DNA of 64,000 bases from an uncultured Spirochaetota bacterium (GTDB lineage: Bacteria > Spirochaetota > Spirochaetia > SZUA-6 > Fen-1364). Of the stretch, positions 18,735 through 28,893 are shown piece after piece. The position numbers and the translations under genes were made by a program. Positions within the stretch are counted from its first letter, which is position 1. The number at the start of each line of letters is the position of its first letter. The stretch covers positions 352,001 to 416,000 of the forward strand of contig CAVTHO010000007.1 in the NCBI GenBank assembly GCA_963734545.1, given 5' to 3'. Under the pieces are notes generated by a model. It saw only the letters and a program-made list of their open reading frames with translations, did no database searches and had not been told where the DNA came from.

Positions 18735-19913
18735 GTGTTAAGCGAGCTGGAACCAGAAACTGAACTCACTCGGCGCCCAGATCGAGGAAACCTGGAGGGG
18801 GCTTTGACCCGGAATCACTGACAAAGGAAATCGGGGAGATAGAAGCGCAGCACCGCGCAGCCTGATTTCTGGCAGGACAAGGACAAAGCGGGAGGGGCAC
18901 TCACGCGACTGAAGACGCTCAAGCGACGGTACGAACCATGGGTGAAGCTGCGCGCGGATATCGACGACCTCAAGGGAGATCTGGCGTCTCGCCGTCGAGG
19001 AGAAAGACGAATCACTGGAGGCGGATCTTCGCGGCAATTGGGAAATCGCTGGACAGAGCGATACGGTGAGTTGAAGGTCCTCGAGCTCCTCGGCGGTGAG
19101 AATGATGCCTCGTCCGCATTCGTCACCATCCATTCAGGCGCAGGCGGCACGGAGGCCTGCGACTGGGTCAGCATGCTCTACCGGACTGTACACGCGCTGG
19201 GCGGAACGGCACGACTACACGGTGCGACATCCTCGACATTCTTGAAGCAGAGGGCGGCATCAAGAGCGTCACCATGCAGGTGAACGGCCCGTACGCATAC
19301 GGCTACCTGAAGGCGGAAACGGGAATCCATCGACTCGTGCGCATTTCGCCGTTCGATTCGAACTCCCGGCGCCACACGTCCTTCGCCTCCGTCTTCTGCT
19401 TTCCGGTGCTCGACGACACGATCGAGCTGGACATCAGGCCCGAGGACCTGCGCATCGACACGTATCGCGCGGGCGGCGCGGGCGGCCAGCACGTCAACAA
19501 GACAGATTCCGCCGTACGGATCACCCACCTGCCCACGGGCATCGTCGTGCAGTGCCAGAACGAGAGAAGCCAGTACAAGAACAAGGCATTCGCCATGAAG
19601 GTGCTGCGCTCGCGCCTCTTCGAGTTCTACAAGAATGAGCGGGACAAGGACAGGGAAAAGCTCGAGATGGAAAAGAAGGACATTTCCTGGGGCAATCAGA
19701 TACGGTCGTACACTTTTCAGCCCTATACCCTGGTCAAGGATCACAGGACCAAGCACGAGGTCGGGAAACATCCAGTCGGTGATGGACGGCGATATCGACG
19801 TCTTCATCGAGGAATACCTGAAACAGCAATGGCTCGCGACGCGCGGCGACGCGAAATCAGGCGTGTCGCGCGGCCTCGCCCGCGGGAAAGAAAGATGGCG
19901 GTCAACGTACTGA
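18735..19913 (+). CDS. prfB: peptide chain release factor 2 (programmed +1 frameshift plus several probable sequencing indels)
   Basis: [34 protein letters not shown] (SPF), GGAGGQHVN (GGQ), WGNQIRSY. Confidence 0.9.
18796..18808 (+). promoter_or_regulatory. prfB autoregulatory +1 frameshift cassette
   Basis: AGGGGG (internal SD)-CTT-TGA-C. Confidence 0.9.
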
Positions 19914-20263
19914 TAGTTGATGACCTGGCCTTTATCAGGATCGTCCTCCGCGACATCCTGGAAAAGTCGGGTTTTCGCGTCGTGGGTGAAGCATCCGATG
20001 GCGGCCAGGCAATCACTCTCTATCAGGATACGCGCCCGGACGTGGTGCTCATGGACATCACCATGCCCGGGATGGACGGGTTGACCGCGCTGAAAAAGAT
20101 CAGGGAGCTTGATCCCGCCGCGCGCATCATAATGTGTTCCGCGCTCGGCCAGCAGCGGCTCATCGTGCAGGCGATTCAGCTGGGGGCCATGGAATTCATC
20201 ATCAAGCCGTTTCAGCCGCAGCGGGTCGTCTCGGCCCTCAAGAAGGCTCTCGACATTTCCTGA
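19895..20263 (+). CDS. cheY: single-domain CheY-like response regulator
   Basis: [33 protein letters not shown]. Confidence 0.85.
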   Translation: MAVNVLIVDDLAFIRIVLRDILEKSGFRVVGEASDGGQAITLYQDTRPDVVLMDITMPGMDGLTALKKIRELDPAARIIMCSALGQQRLIVQAIQLGAMEFIIKPFQPQRVVSALKKALDIS

Positions 20264-21849
20264 TGAGAACCGCGGCGCCGCTCCTGATTCTTCTGTGCCT
20301 TCCCCTGCCGCTTGTGTGTGCGCAGACTCCGACGGGAGCCCCCGCACAATCGTTGCCGGCAGGCCGGGTCGACAGGTACCCCCAGCACGGCCTCCCCGGC
20401 GCCGCTGACACGGCCCCGGGCACGGGGACCACCGCTGCCCGGGCACGTCCGCCCCCGCGCGGAATCCGGCCATCCGGATCTGTCGATCCCGGTGGACACA
20501 GCCAAGCAGTGGACGGTGGGCTTCAGCGTGTTCGGCGCAGAGTACCTTTCAAAGGAGAATGCGTATCTGGCGTACAGCCTGCCCCTTCTGCTGAAGAACG
20601 AGGTAAGCGGACTGGAGGCGCATGCATTCACCTCGGAGGAGAGGGACCTGGCACGGAGCGCCATCATCTCCCGGGAAGGCTGCCCTGGCGGAGCAGACGA
20701 TCACGAAAATCCGCAAGGAAAGGGATTCCCTTGCCTTCGGTGCTGCCCCTCCGACCCCCTCCGCCCTGAAAGGGGTGGATGACAGGCTTGCCGCCGTGGT
20801 CGTGCGCAGGGAATTCCTGCAGATACTCGACTCGGCAAAGGTGGACGTGGCGGCGGAAAAGCCGGTCACGTTCAAGGAGGGAAGCGGCGTCGGGAAGCTT
20901 CTCGATCTGTCCGGGTGTCAGCGCGGCTGCATATTGCGCCAGCCAGGGGCTCGACCTTCTCGTGGGAGGCACTCTGAGGGAGGTCCAGGGATACCTCCTG
21001 CTGGAAGTCTGGGCATTCGATGCCACGAGGGGGAAGATCGTTCTTTCCTCCCGGGAGGCGGCGGAACGGGAGGAGATCTACGCTTTCATGCCCGCCGTCG
21101 GGAAAGAGCTTGCGGGCATCATACTGGGCCGCGAGTGGACGCAGCTCGTGTTCAATCCAGATCCTCCGGGCGCCTCGTTGTACGTCGATGATGCCCTCAT
21201 CGCTTCGGGTGTTTCGCCGGCCCTGTATCTTTCACCCGGGACCCGGGCAATCAGGGTCTCCGCGCAGGGCTACCGGGATGAATCCCGCACGGTGACCCTC
21301 GAGGCGGGACAGAAGTTCCCGCTGGATGTGAAGCTCGAAAAGGAGATCACGGGATCGGTGTCCGTCACGTCGGAACCGACGGGCGCGGACCTGTACGTGG
21401 ACTCGGTATGGAAGGGCAAGACACCCCTCTCGGTGGAAAGACCGCCGTCCCGGAGCAGGGGAGTCCTTTCCCTGGCCGGTTTCTACGATCTCCCATTCTC
21501 GATCGGGCAGGACTCGATGGAGCAGCTCTCGTTCTCTCTCCAGAAGGATATCGGGGCCCGGGATATTCTGCAGAAGCAGGCGCGAAACGACTTCTATGTC
21601 TCATTCGGGTGGTTCGCCGTTTCCATCGCGGTTCCCCTGTTTTCGTATGCGCTTGCCATTGATTCCGCCGTTCACGAAAACGAGTTCCTGCTGCAGAACA
21701 ACTTCTCGAAGGCTGCGAGCGCACACCTCAATTACCAGATTTTCCTGGGCGGCTACTATGGGGGCATGGCGGTCAGCGCCGTCCTGTTTACCTGGATGGT
21801 CTTCCGCATCGTTCACTATGTCGCGGTCTCCAATGGGACCGCGGGCTAG
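20263..21849 (+). CDS. PEGA-domain membrane protein (indels near 20675 and 20910)
   Basis: Signal peptide; two PEGA repeats (PDPPGASLYVD; TSEPTGADLYVD..GKTPL); C-terminal TMs. Confidence 0.75.
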
Positions 21850-21861
21850 GGAGGACTTTCA

Positions 21862-22740
21862 GTGCCCTGGAAGGGAATTGGCAGGCGGCTGCGCGAGCTG
21901 TTTCAGGCCCGTGAATTCGACGAGGGCTTCTTTCACGAGCTCGAAGACGCGATGATCGAGGCCGACCTGGGAGTTCGCATTGCGTCGGAGACCGTGGACG
22001 CTCTTCGAAAGATAGTGAAAGAAGAAGGGCTTCGGACCCGAGCGGATCTCCTTGCCGCCTCCAAGGCACGCCTGAAGTCCTTCCTCCGGGCGGATGAGCT
22101 GCGGTTGATGCCGGGAGCGCTCAATGTGTTTCTTGTTCTGGGTGTGAACGGAGTGGGCAAGACGACGACCATCGCCAAGCTCGCGCAGTATTTCCGTGCC
22201 CACCGCGGCGTGTCGAGAATCCTCCTTGCCGCGGGGGATACATTTCGTGCCGCCGCGATCGAGCAGTTGAAGCTCCTGGGGGAGAAACTGGCGCTGCCGG
22301 TGGTCGCACAGGACCACGGCGCGGACCCGGGCGCCGTCGTTTTCGATGCGATTGCGAGCGCCACTGCCCGGGGAGATGAGCTGCTCATCGTCGACACAGC
22401 GGGGCGGCTTCACAACAGGGATGCGCTGGTGAAGGAGCTTGCGAAGATCGATAAAATCGTGCGCGGCCGGATCGGGGACGGCTTTTACAAGAAGATACTC
22501 GTGCTGGACGCCACCACGGGGCAGAACTCGCTGGCCCAGGCGGAGGTCTTCCACAAGGCGGTAGGCATCGACTCGATCGTGCTTTCCAAATGTGACTCCA
22601 CGGCAAAGGGCGGCATGGTGGTGCCTGTCTGCCGGGACCTGGGAATCCCGATCTCCTTCATCGGTCTGGGCGAGAAGCTCGACGATCTGGAGGCATTCGA
22701 TCCGGACGGCTATCTGGATTCCCTGTTTGGAACGTCATGA
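21862..22740 (+). CDS. ftsY: SRP receptor FtsY
   Basis: GVNGVGKTTTIAKLA, DTFRAAA, DTAGRLH, DATTGQN, TAKGG. Confidence 0.95.
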   Translation: MPWKGIGRRLRELFQAREFDEGFFHELEDAMIEADLGVRIASETVDALRKIVKEEGLRTRADLLAASKARLKSFLRADELRLMPGALNVFLVLGVNGVGKTTTIAKLAQYFRAHRGVSRILLAAGDTFRAAAIEQLKLLGEKLALPVVAQDHGADPGAVVFDAIASATARGDELLIVDTAGRLHNRDALVKELAKIDKIVRGRIGDGFYKKILVLDATTGQNSLAQAEVFHKAVGIDSIVLSKCDSTAKGGMVVPVCRDLGIPISFIGLGEKLDDLEAFDPDGYLDSLFGTS

Positions 22741-23822
22741 AGCTGCTCCTGCCGGCGCTCCTCCTGCTCTCGTGTGTTCTCCCGGGATTCGGCGATGCGC
22801 TGCTCTACAAGTCCAACGAGTTCGGGATGCTCCTGCAGCGCATCGAGCCCTACCGGCGCGACGAATCGCAGTGGGTCCTGGAGGTCAGCACGACGGGCGA
22901 GGACGAAGTGCGGCGCCTGTACGACCGGGGGAAAGAAGCGCGTCGGTGGGAGATTTCCTGGACGGAAGGCGGGACGAGAAAGGTGGAGCGCGAGCTTTCC
23001 GCGGGCGTCCTGTCCGCCAGAAGGCTGTATGACGGCGCGGGCGCATTGCTTCAGGAAGATCAGTATGACAACGGCGAGCTGGCGCAGAAGACTTTCCTGA
23101 CCTACACCGGGGGCCGGCTCACGCGCGTGCGGGTTCAGGCGGCGGACGGGAGCCTGAACTACGCGGAGCAATACGTGTACGGCATGAAGGGCACGCTGCG
23201 GGAAGTGAGGCGAACCGGGACCGGGTCGGAGGTGCGGACTTCCTCGTACGTTTTCGGATCTGCCGGTGTGTCGGAAGAGCGCACGAGCTCGAAGGACACG
23301 CTCTTCATCTCCCGCTATGATGCCCAGGGCAGGCTGGCGAGCCGCGAGAAGCGGAAGGGTGATCAAACGTTGTCCCGGGAGGATTTCTCGTACCGGCTCG
23401 AGACAGACGCTCTGGTGAAATCCACGGAAAGACTGCCCCAGGAAGGAAAGACCATTGAGCGACTATACGATGAGGCGGGCAGGCTCGCGTCCGAAGCCTC
23501 GACAGTGGGCGGCGCGGTCGTGGAGGAGAGCTTCTATGCCCGGAACGACAAGGGAGGATTGATCTCCCTGAGCCGCAGAAGCCCGCGCGGGATGGAATTG
23601 TGGAGGTACTCCCTCGACGACAAGGGGAAAGTGGGCCGGGAGGAGTACTTTCTGCGCGGAAGCCTTCAGAAGGTCACCGTGTATGGCCCGGGGAAGCTTC
23701 GCACGGAGGAAATCTACAAGGACGAGGAACTCTACCTGAAAGTGTATTTCGACGGAGATTCCCGGCTGAGGGAAGAAGTTTTTGCCGGAGGAAAGATCCT
23801 GCGGGAAAGGAAAGCCGATTGA
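22737..23822 (+). CDS. exported beta-repeat (YD/MORN-like) hypothetical protein
   Basis: Signal peptide; recurring YD.xGxL motifs. Confidence 0.6.
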   Translation: MKLLLPALLLLSCVLPGFGDALLYKSNEFGMLLQRIEPYRRDESQWVLEVSTTGEDEVRRLYDRGKEARRWEISWTEGGTRKVERELSAGVLSARRLYDGAGALLQEDQYDNGELAQKTFLTYTGGRLTRVRVQAADGSLNYAEQYVYGMKGTLREVRRTGTGSEVRTSSYVFGSAGVSEERTSSKDTLFISRYDAQGRLASREKRKGDQTLSREDFSYRLETDALVKSTERLPQEGKTIERLYDEAGRLASEASTVGGAVVEESFYARNDKGGLISLSRRSPRGMELWRYSLDDKGKVGREEYFLRGSLQKVTVYGPGKLRTEEIYKDEELYLKVYFDGDSRLREEVFAGGKILRERKAD

Positions 23823-25225
23823 AGACACCGCTGTCGGTCCTTGTGGCGGCCAGGTACTTTCGCACGAAGCGCCGCGATACCGGCAACGCCTCCTCCCTTC
23901 TCTCGGTGGCCGGGATCGCCATTGGCGTCATGACGCTTACCGTGGTCCTCGCGGTGATGAACGGATTCCAGCTCGGATTCATCGACAGCATCGTGGAGAT
24001 CAGCTCGTATCATCTTCAATTGCGCGCGGAGCTTGCCGGGCAGCCGGGATGCCGCGGCGAGGAGCGGCCTGCCGCGCCGCGGTACTCCGCGGATTTTCCT
24101 CCCGCGCCGCGGTACTCCGCGGATTTTCCTCCCGCGCTGGATGCCGCGCTCATTGCGCGCATCCAGTCGGCCGTCGGAGTGACCGCGGTCGTGCCCTTCG
24201 TCGAGAGACAGGCGCTCGTCGAAGGGGTATTCCAGCGGCCGCGCGCGTGCTCGGTCCGCGCGGTACCCCCGGAGCTTTTGTCTCTCGACCCGGTGCAGGC
24301 GCGGATGCTCGCCCTTCGCCAGGGCTCATTCTCCTTGGGTGATCAGCGCTCCCTGGTGATCGGCTCCGAGCTTGCCGCCGCGATGGGCGCGCGCGTCGGC
24401 GACGCGCTTTCTCTCACCTCGTACGCGACAGGCGCGGGCGGCCGTCCCTCCCCGCGCCGCGACGAATTTCAGGTGTCGGGCATCTTCCATACCGGATACT
24501 ACGATTTCGATACGGGGCTCGTGTTCATGTCACTGGAGGCCGCAGACGCGCTCTATGGCGCGGGCCTGCCGCTGCCCCGCACGTGGGGAATAAAGATCGC
24601 CAACCGGTTCGACGACTCCCGGACGCTGCGCGCCGTGTCCGGCCTGCTCGCGGGGACCGGCTACGGTGCGGAGAGCTGGCGGACCTACAATCGGTCTTTC
24701 TTCGACGCGCTGTTCGTGGAAAAGCTCATGATGATGGTCCTGATCGGGATCATCTTCATCGTCGTCGGCTTCAACGTATACCATTCACTGCGCCGCAGCG
24801 TATTCGAGAGGATGGAAGAGATTGCCGTTCTCAAGGCGGTCGGCATTCCGCCCCGGCGCGTGCAGGCGATATTCATCCTCGAGGGGCTCTTCATCGGCCT
24901 GGCAGGGGGTGCAGCGGGGTTGATCGCGGGGCTGGTCCTCGCGGTGAATGTGAGCGGGGTATTCTCCGCCGTGGAAGGAGTGATCAACTGGGTTCTGCGC
25001 ACGGGGTCGCTCCTTCTCTCTCCTTTCGCCTCCGGGGAGGCGGCGGGCACCTTTGCGATATTCTCGCCCACGTATTTCTACCTGACGCAGGTGCCGTCCC
25101 ACGTGTATCTTCGGGAGGCATTCCTCGTCTCATTCTTTGCCGTGATGGCGTGCACCGGCGCTGCATGGGCCGCCACGCGCGCCATTTCCCGATTCCGACC
25201 CTCGGAGGTTCTGCGCTATGAGTGA
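23819..25225 (+). CDS. LolC/E-family ABC permease
   Basis: VLAVMNGFQ, GIFHTGYYDFD, EIAVLKAVG, PSEVLRYE. Contains an in-frame hairpin-repeat insertion. Confidence 0.85.
   Translation: MKTPLSVLVAARYFRTKRRDTGNASSLLSVAGIAIGVMTLTVVLAVMNGFQLGFIDSIVEISSYHLQLRAELAGQPGCRGEERPAAPRYSADFPPAPRYSADFPPALDAALIARIQSAVGVTAVVPFVERQALVEGVFQRPRACSVRAVPPELLSLDPVQARMLALRQGSFSLGDQRSLVIGSELAAAMGARVGDALSLTSYATGAGGRPSPRRDEFQVSGIFHTGYYDFDTGLVFMSLEAADALYGAGLPLPRTWGIKIANRFDDSRTLRAVSGLLAGTGYGAESWRTYNRSFFDALFVEKLMMMVLIGIIFIVVGFNVYHSLRRSVFERMEEIAVLKAVGIPPRRVQAIFILEGLFIGLAGGAAGLIAGLVLAVNVSGVFSAVEGVINWVLRTGSLLLSPFASGEAAGTFAIFSPTYFYLTQVPSHVYLREAFLVSFFAVMACTGAAWAATRAISRFRPSEVLRYE
24072..24137. repeat. 2 tandem 30-bp hairpin repeats in frame within the lolC/E gene
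   Basis: CCGCGCCGCGGTACTCCGCGGATTTTCCTC x2, encoding APRYSADFPP twice. Confidence 0.9.
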
Positions 25226-25928
25226 TTCGGCCGGCGCGATCAAGGACGCTGCCGCTCCCCTGGTGTCCGTGTCCTCACTGGTCCGACGCTTTGTCACGGG
25301 CGGGGAGACCCTGGAGGTGCTCAGGGACGTCAGCCTCTCCGTCCCGGAAGGCAGCACGGCCGCCATCAGCGGGGAAAGCGGATGCGGGAAAAGCACGCTG
25401 CTGGGACTCATCGGCGGCCTGGACCGGCCGACGGCGGGGAAGGTGAGCGTGGGAGGGAGGGACATTACCGAGCTCGGAGAATCGGATCTCAGCCGATACC
25501 GGAACCGTGAAGTCGGCTTTGTGTTCCAGTTCCACTTTCTGCTGAAGGACTTCACCGCGCTGGAAAACGTCATCATCCCCGGCATGCTGGGAAGCGAATC
25601 GGCGCGCGCGCTGCGTGAGCGCGGCCGGCAGCTTCTCGCCGAAGTGGGGCTCGACCAGAGGATGGACGCCTGGCCCCTGGAGCTCTCCGGCGGCGAGCGG
25701 CAGAGAGTCGCCGTGGCGCGCGCCCTCATCAACGAGCCACGGCTGCTCCTTGCGGACGAGCCGACAGGGAACCTTGACGAGCGCAATGCGCGCACGGTGG
25801 AGGACATGCTCTTTGCCCTGGTGCGGCGGCATGGCAGGACGATGATCATGGTCACCCATGACTCGGCCCTCGCATCACGGGCGGACAGCCGGTTCCTGCT
25901 CGCCACCGGCACCCTGAGCCGGGTATGA
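25218..25928 (+). CDS. lolD: LolD-family ABC ATPase
   Basis: GESGCGKS, GFVFQFHFLL, LSGGERQRVA, ADEPTGNLD. Confidence 0.9.
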   Translation: MSDSAGAIKDAAAPLVSVSSLVRRFVTGGETLEVLRDVSLSVPEGSTAAISGESGCGKSTLLGLIGGLDRPTAGKVSVGGRDITELGESDLSRYRNREVGFVFQFHFLLKDFTALENVIIPGMLGSESARALRERGRQLLAEVGLDQRMDAWPLELSGGERQRVAVARALINEPRLLLADEPTGNLDERNARTVEDMLFALVRRHGRTMIMVTHDSALASRADSRFLLATGTLSRV

Positions 25929-27229
25929 ACTTTCGATTCGTGTTCTTTCTGGGCCGGCGCGTGCTCAGGGGCAGAGGCGGAACGGCGCGGTATCTGAAAG
26001 GAGCGGTCCTCGGAATCGCCCTGAGCCTCGTGCCACTTGTCGTGGTCATGGAGGTGTCGACGGGCATGATCAACGGGATCACGGCGCGCCTGCTGGAGGT
26101 CGGCACCTACCACCTGCAGATCGCCCTGCCGTCGAACACCTCGGAGACGCGGCTCGCGGAGATCGCCGCTGCGGTTGAAGGCGTCGACGATGTGGTGGCG
26201 GCCGTCCCGGAGAGGCAGGGAACCGCCATGCTCGTCTCGGCCCGAGGCGCTGCCGGGGTGAGCATCCGGTGCGTCCCCCCTGACGTCTTCTCACGCGACT
26301 CCGGCTTTCGCTCATTCGTCACGATCAGGGCCGGCAGCGCCGACCTTACGCGCGCGGACTCTCTTCTGGTGAGCTCCGCCCTGGCCGCCACACTGGGCAT
26401 TGCGCCCGGGGATGCGGTGAACGTTCTCACGACCTATGGAGAAGGAATGACCGGGCTGCCGAGGCTGACGCAACTCCGGGCGGTCGGCATCTACGAAACG
26501 GGATACCAGGACCTCGACAAGACCCTCGCGTACGCTCCGCTGGGCATCGCGTCGCGAATCCTTTCTCCGCGCGCAGCGAGAACGCTGATCGGCGTGAAAG
26601 TCAGGGATCCGTTCGGCGAGCTTGGCCCGATAGCCCGTACCATCGCCGGAGTGGCGGGGAACGACCTTCGCGTGGCCACATGGAACGAGATCGAATACGT
26701 GCGCCTTGCGAGCTTTCGCACCACGAAGGCGCTCCTGCTTTTCATCATGGCGCTTGTCGTGGCAGTCGCCTCGGTCAACGTGTCTTCCTCGGTGATCATG
26801 ATCATATTCGAGAGGCGGCATGACCTGGGAATCCTCAAAAGCGTGGGGGTTGCGCCGCGCTCGCTCTCCCTCTCGTTCCTGCTCGCCGGCTTCACCACGG
26901 GCCTGCTGGGCACGACTCTCGGTGTTGCCATCGGCCTGCTCGTGGCCGTGAATATCAATGAGGTCATCGCCGGTCTGGAATGGACCGTCAATCATATCCT
27001 TGCCCTCGCCTCGCTCGTGCGCTCCTCCTTCGTTCCTTCCGCGCCCGCCTTTGACGGCTTCACCCTTTTCAACAGCGCCTACTATCTGAAGTCGATCCCG
27101 ATAAGAATCCAGCCTCTCGAGGTGATCGCCGCGGCCGTTGCCGCGCTGCTCCTCTCCGCTGTCGCCTCCTACCTGCCCGCATCGCGCGCCGCGCGGACGC
27201 AACCGCTGGAAATACTCCGCAAGCTGTAA
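25925..27229 (+). CDS. LolC/E-family ABC permease
   Basis: FtsX-like C-terminus (ERRHDLGILKSVG; YLPASRAA..PLEILR). Confidence 0.85.
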   Translation: MNFRFVFFLGRRVLRGRGGTARYLKGAVLGIALSLVPLVVVMEVSTGMINGITARLLEVGTYHLQIALPSNTSETRLAEIAAAVEGVDDVVAAVPERQGTAMLVSARGAAGVSIRCVPPDVFSRDSGFRSFVTIRAGSADLTRADSLLVSSALAATLGIAPGDAVNVLTTYGEGMTGLPRLTQLRAVGIYETGYQDLDKTLAYAPLGIASRILSPRAARTLIGVKVRDPFGELGPIARTIAGVAGNDLRVATWNEIEYVRLASFRTTKALLLFIMALVVAVASVNVSSSVIMIIFERRHDLGILKSVGVAPRSLSLSFLLAGFTTGLLGTTLGVAIGLLVAVNINEVIAGLEWTVNHILALASLVRSSFVPSAPAFDGFTLFNSAYYLKSIPIRIQPLEVIAAAVAALLLSAVASYLPASRAARTQPLEILRKL

Positions 27230-27307
27230 CTTTCCGCGGCCGAGGCTGCGCCGCGCACTGCCTCCCGTAGTATTCAAGGCGCATTTTATGTATAATTGGA
27301 TGTGGCC

Positions 27308-27802
27308 ATGAAATGTGAGATTTGCGGACTGAAAGACGCAGTCATTCATATCAGACAGATACAGAAGGACCTGGTGCATGAGCTCCATATCTGCGAGGAG
27401 TGCGCCCAGGAGAAGGGCCTGATCAGGGAGGAGGATTCGGAGCTTCCGATCGCTAACCTGCTCTCCGGCCTTCTGGAAGGGAAGGATGTTACAGGCGCCT
27501 CCGAGGTGAAGGACGTGTGCCCGAAGTGCGGATTGAAGGTTTCAGAGTTCCGCAAGCAGGGAAAGCTGGGTTGCCCGGAGTGCTTCCTGGCTTTCGAGAA
27601 AGATGTGCGCGCCATCGTTTCCCAGATGGCGGCCCGGCCCCGGCACACGGGGAAGCTGCCGCGAACCCTTGTCGTCGAGCACGCGGCCTCTGCGGAGGGC
27701 GACGGGCTGCGCGAGGAGCTGAGAGAGGCAGTCGAGCAGGAGGATTACGAGCTGGCGGCGCAGCTTCGCGACAAGCTGCGGGAGATGGAATCCAATGTTT
27801 GA
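27308..27802 (+). CDS. mcsA: McsA (zinc-finger/UVR activator)
   Basis: Four CxxC motifs (CEIC, CEEC, CPKC, CPEC) and UVR EDYELAAQLRD; TATAAT at 27291. Confidence 0.85.
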   Translation: MKCEICGLKDAVIHIRQIQKDLVHELHICEECAQEKGLIREEDSELPIANLLSGLLEGKDVTGASEVKDVCPKCGLKVSEFRKQGKLGCPECFLAFEKDVRAIVSQMAARPRHTGKLPRTLVVEHAASAEGDGLREELREAVEQEDYELAAQLRDKLREMESNV

Positions 27803-28889
27803 GTTCACCGGCCTGGCGGACATGAAGGGATGGATGCGCAATCCGACCGTGGAGGGGGCAACGACAGCCGCGGACTCCACCGGGTCCGTCGTGATTTCCA
27901 GCCGGGTCCGCCTGGCGCGCAATCTCTCCGCCTACTCCTACCCGGGACGAAGCCCCGCCGACCAGGAGAAGGAGTGCCGCGAGCGGATCGTGGCCGCCTT
28001 CCGTCGGTTGCCGAACGCGGAAGATTTTACGATTATCTATATGGAAGAGATCTCCGCTCTGGAGAGAAGGATTCTCTTCGAGAGAAACCTGGTTTCCCAG
28101 GGTTATTCAATAGAAAAGCAGAGGGCAATGGTTGTGAGCGGTGACGAATCCGTCACCGCGATCATCGGGGACGAGGATCACCTCCGTCTCGTCGGCATGC
28201 GGAGCGGCGCGTGCCTGGAGCCGCTGCTGGCGCGGCTGGATGCGCTGGATTCCCAGTTGGAGGAGATGCTCCCCTACGCTGCGTCACCCGAGTGGGGATA
28301 CCTGAATACGGCCATCACGAACCTCGGCACGGGGCTGAAGGCATCGATGATGCTGCACCTGCCCGCGCTCGCGATGAGCGGGCTCATGAAAAGGGCGGTC
28401 AAGGCCTCTGCGCAGCTCGGTCTTTCGATCAGGGGATTCTTCAGTGAGAGCATGGAATCTCTTGGTGACATGTACATCATTGCCAACGAGATCACCATCG
28501 GTCTGGCGGAGAAGGAAATCATCGGCAATCTGGGCAGGATTGCCGTGCAGCTTGCGGGGTACGAAAACCGCACAAGGGAGGAGCTGATGGAGAAAAGGAG
28601 GGTGGACATCGAAGACCGGGTCTTCCGCGCCTGGGGACTGCTCACCTGGTGCCGCTATGTCTCCCACCGTGAAGCCATCGAGGCTCTCTCCGCGCTCCGC
28701 CTGGGGGTGGCCCTCGGGCTCATCGGGACGGTGGATGCGCCCACCATTACGGCGCTCCTTTTCCTGTCCCAGAAATCGCATATCCAGCGGGTCCTCCAGT
28801 CACAGGCGGACGCGGTGGACAGCAAGCTGATCGACTATACGCGCGCCAAGATCATCCGAGACGCGCTCACGCCGGCGAGGGGAGGCTGA
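27795..28889 (+). CDS. mcsB: McsB-like protein-arginine kinase (degenerate active site)
   Basis: [21 protein letters not shown]; located between mcsA and clpC. Confidence 0.8.
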   Translation: MFEFTGLADMKGWMRNPTVEGATTAADSTGSVVISSRVRLARNLSAYSYPGRSPADQEKECRERIVAAFRRLPNAEDFTIIYMEEISALERRILFERNLVSQGYSIEKQRAMVVSGDESVTAIIGDEDHLRLVGMRSGACLEPLLARLDALDSQLEEMLPYAASPEWGYLNTAITNLGTGLKASMMLHLPALAMSGLMKRAVKASAQLGLSIRGFFSESMESLGDMYIIANEITIGLAEKEIIGNLGRIAVQLAGYENRTREELMEKRRVDIEDRVFRAWGLLTWCRYVSHREAIEALSALRLGVALGLIGTVDAPTITALLFLSQKSHIQRVLQSQADAVDSKLIDYTRAKIIRDALTPARGG

Positions 28890-28893
28890 CGCC

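Noticed and set aside
19274-20263. RF2-CheY fusion
   Set aside because: The RF2 C-terminus ([16 protein letters not shown]) is in a different frame, and CheY has its own ATG at 19895. Indel artefact.
22737-23822. RHS toxin
   Set aside because: Too short, no RHS core or toxin tip, no immunity gene, and embedded in a housekeeping operon.
27230-27307. CtsR or CIRCE operator upstream of mcsA
   Set aside because: No GGTCAAA direct repeats or TTAGCACTC inverted repeat; only a TATAAT box.
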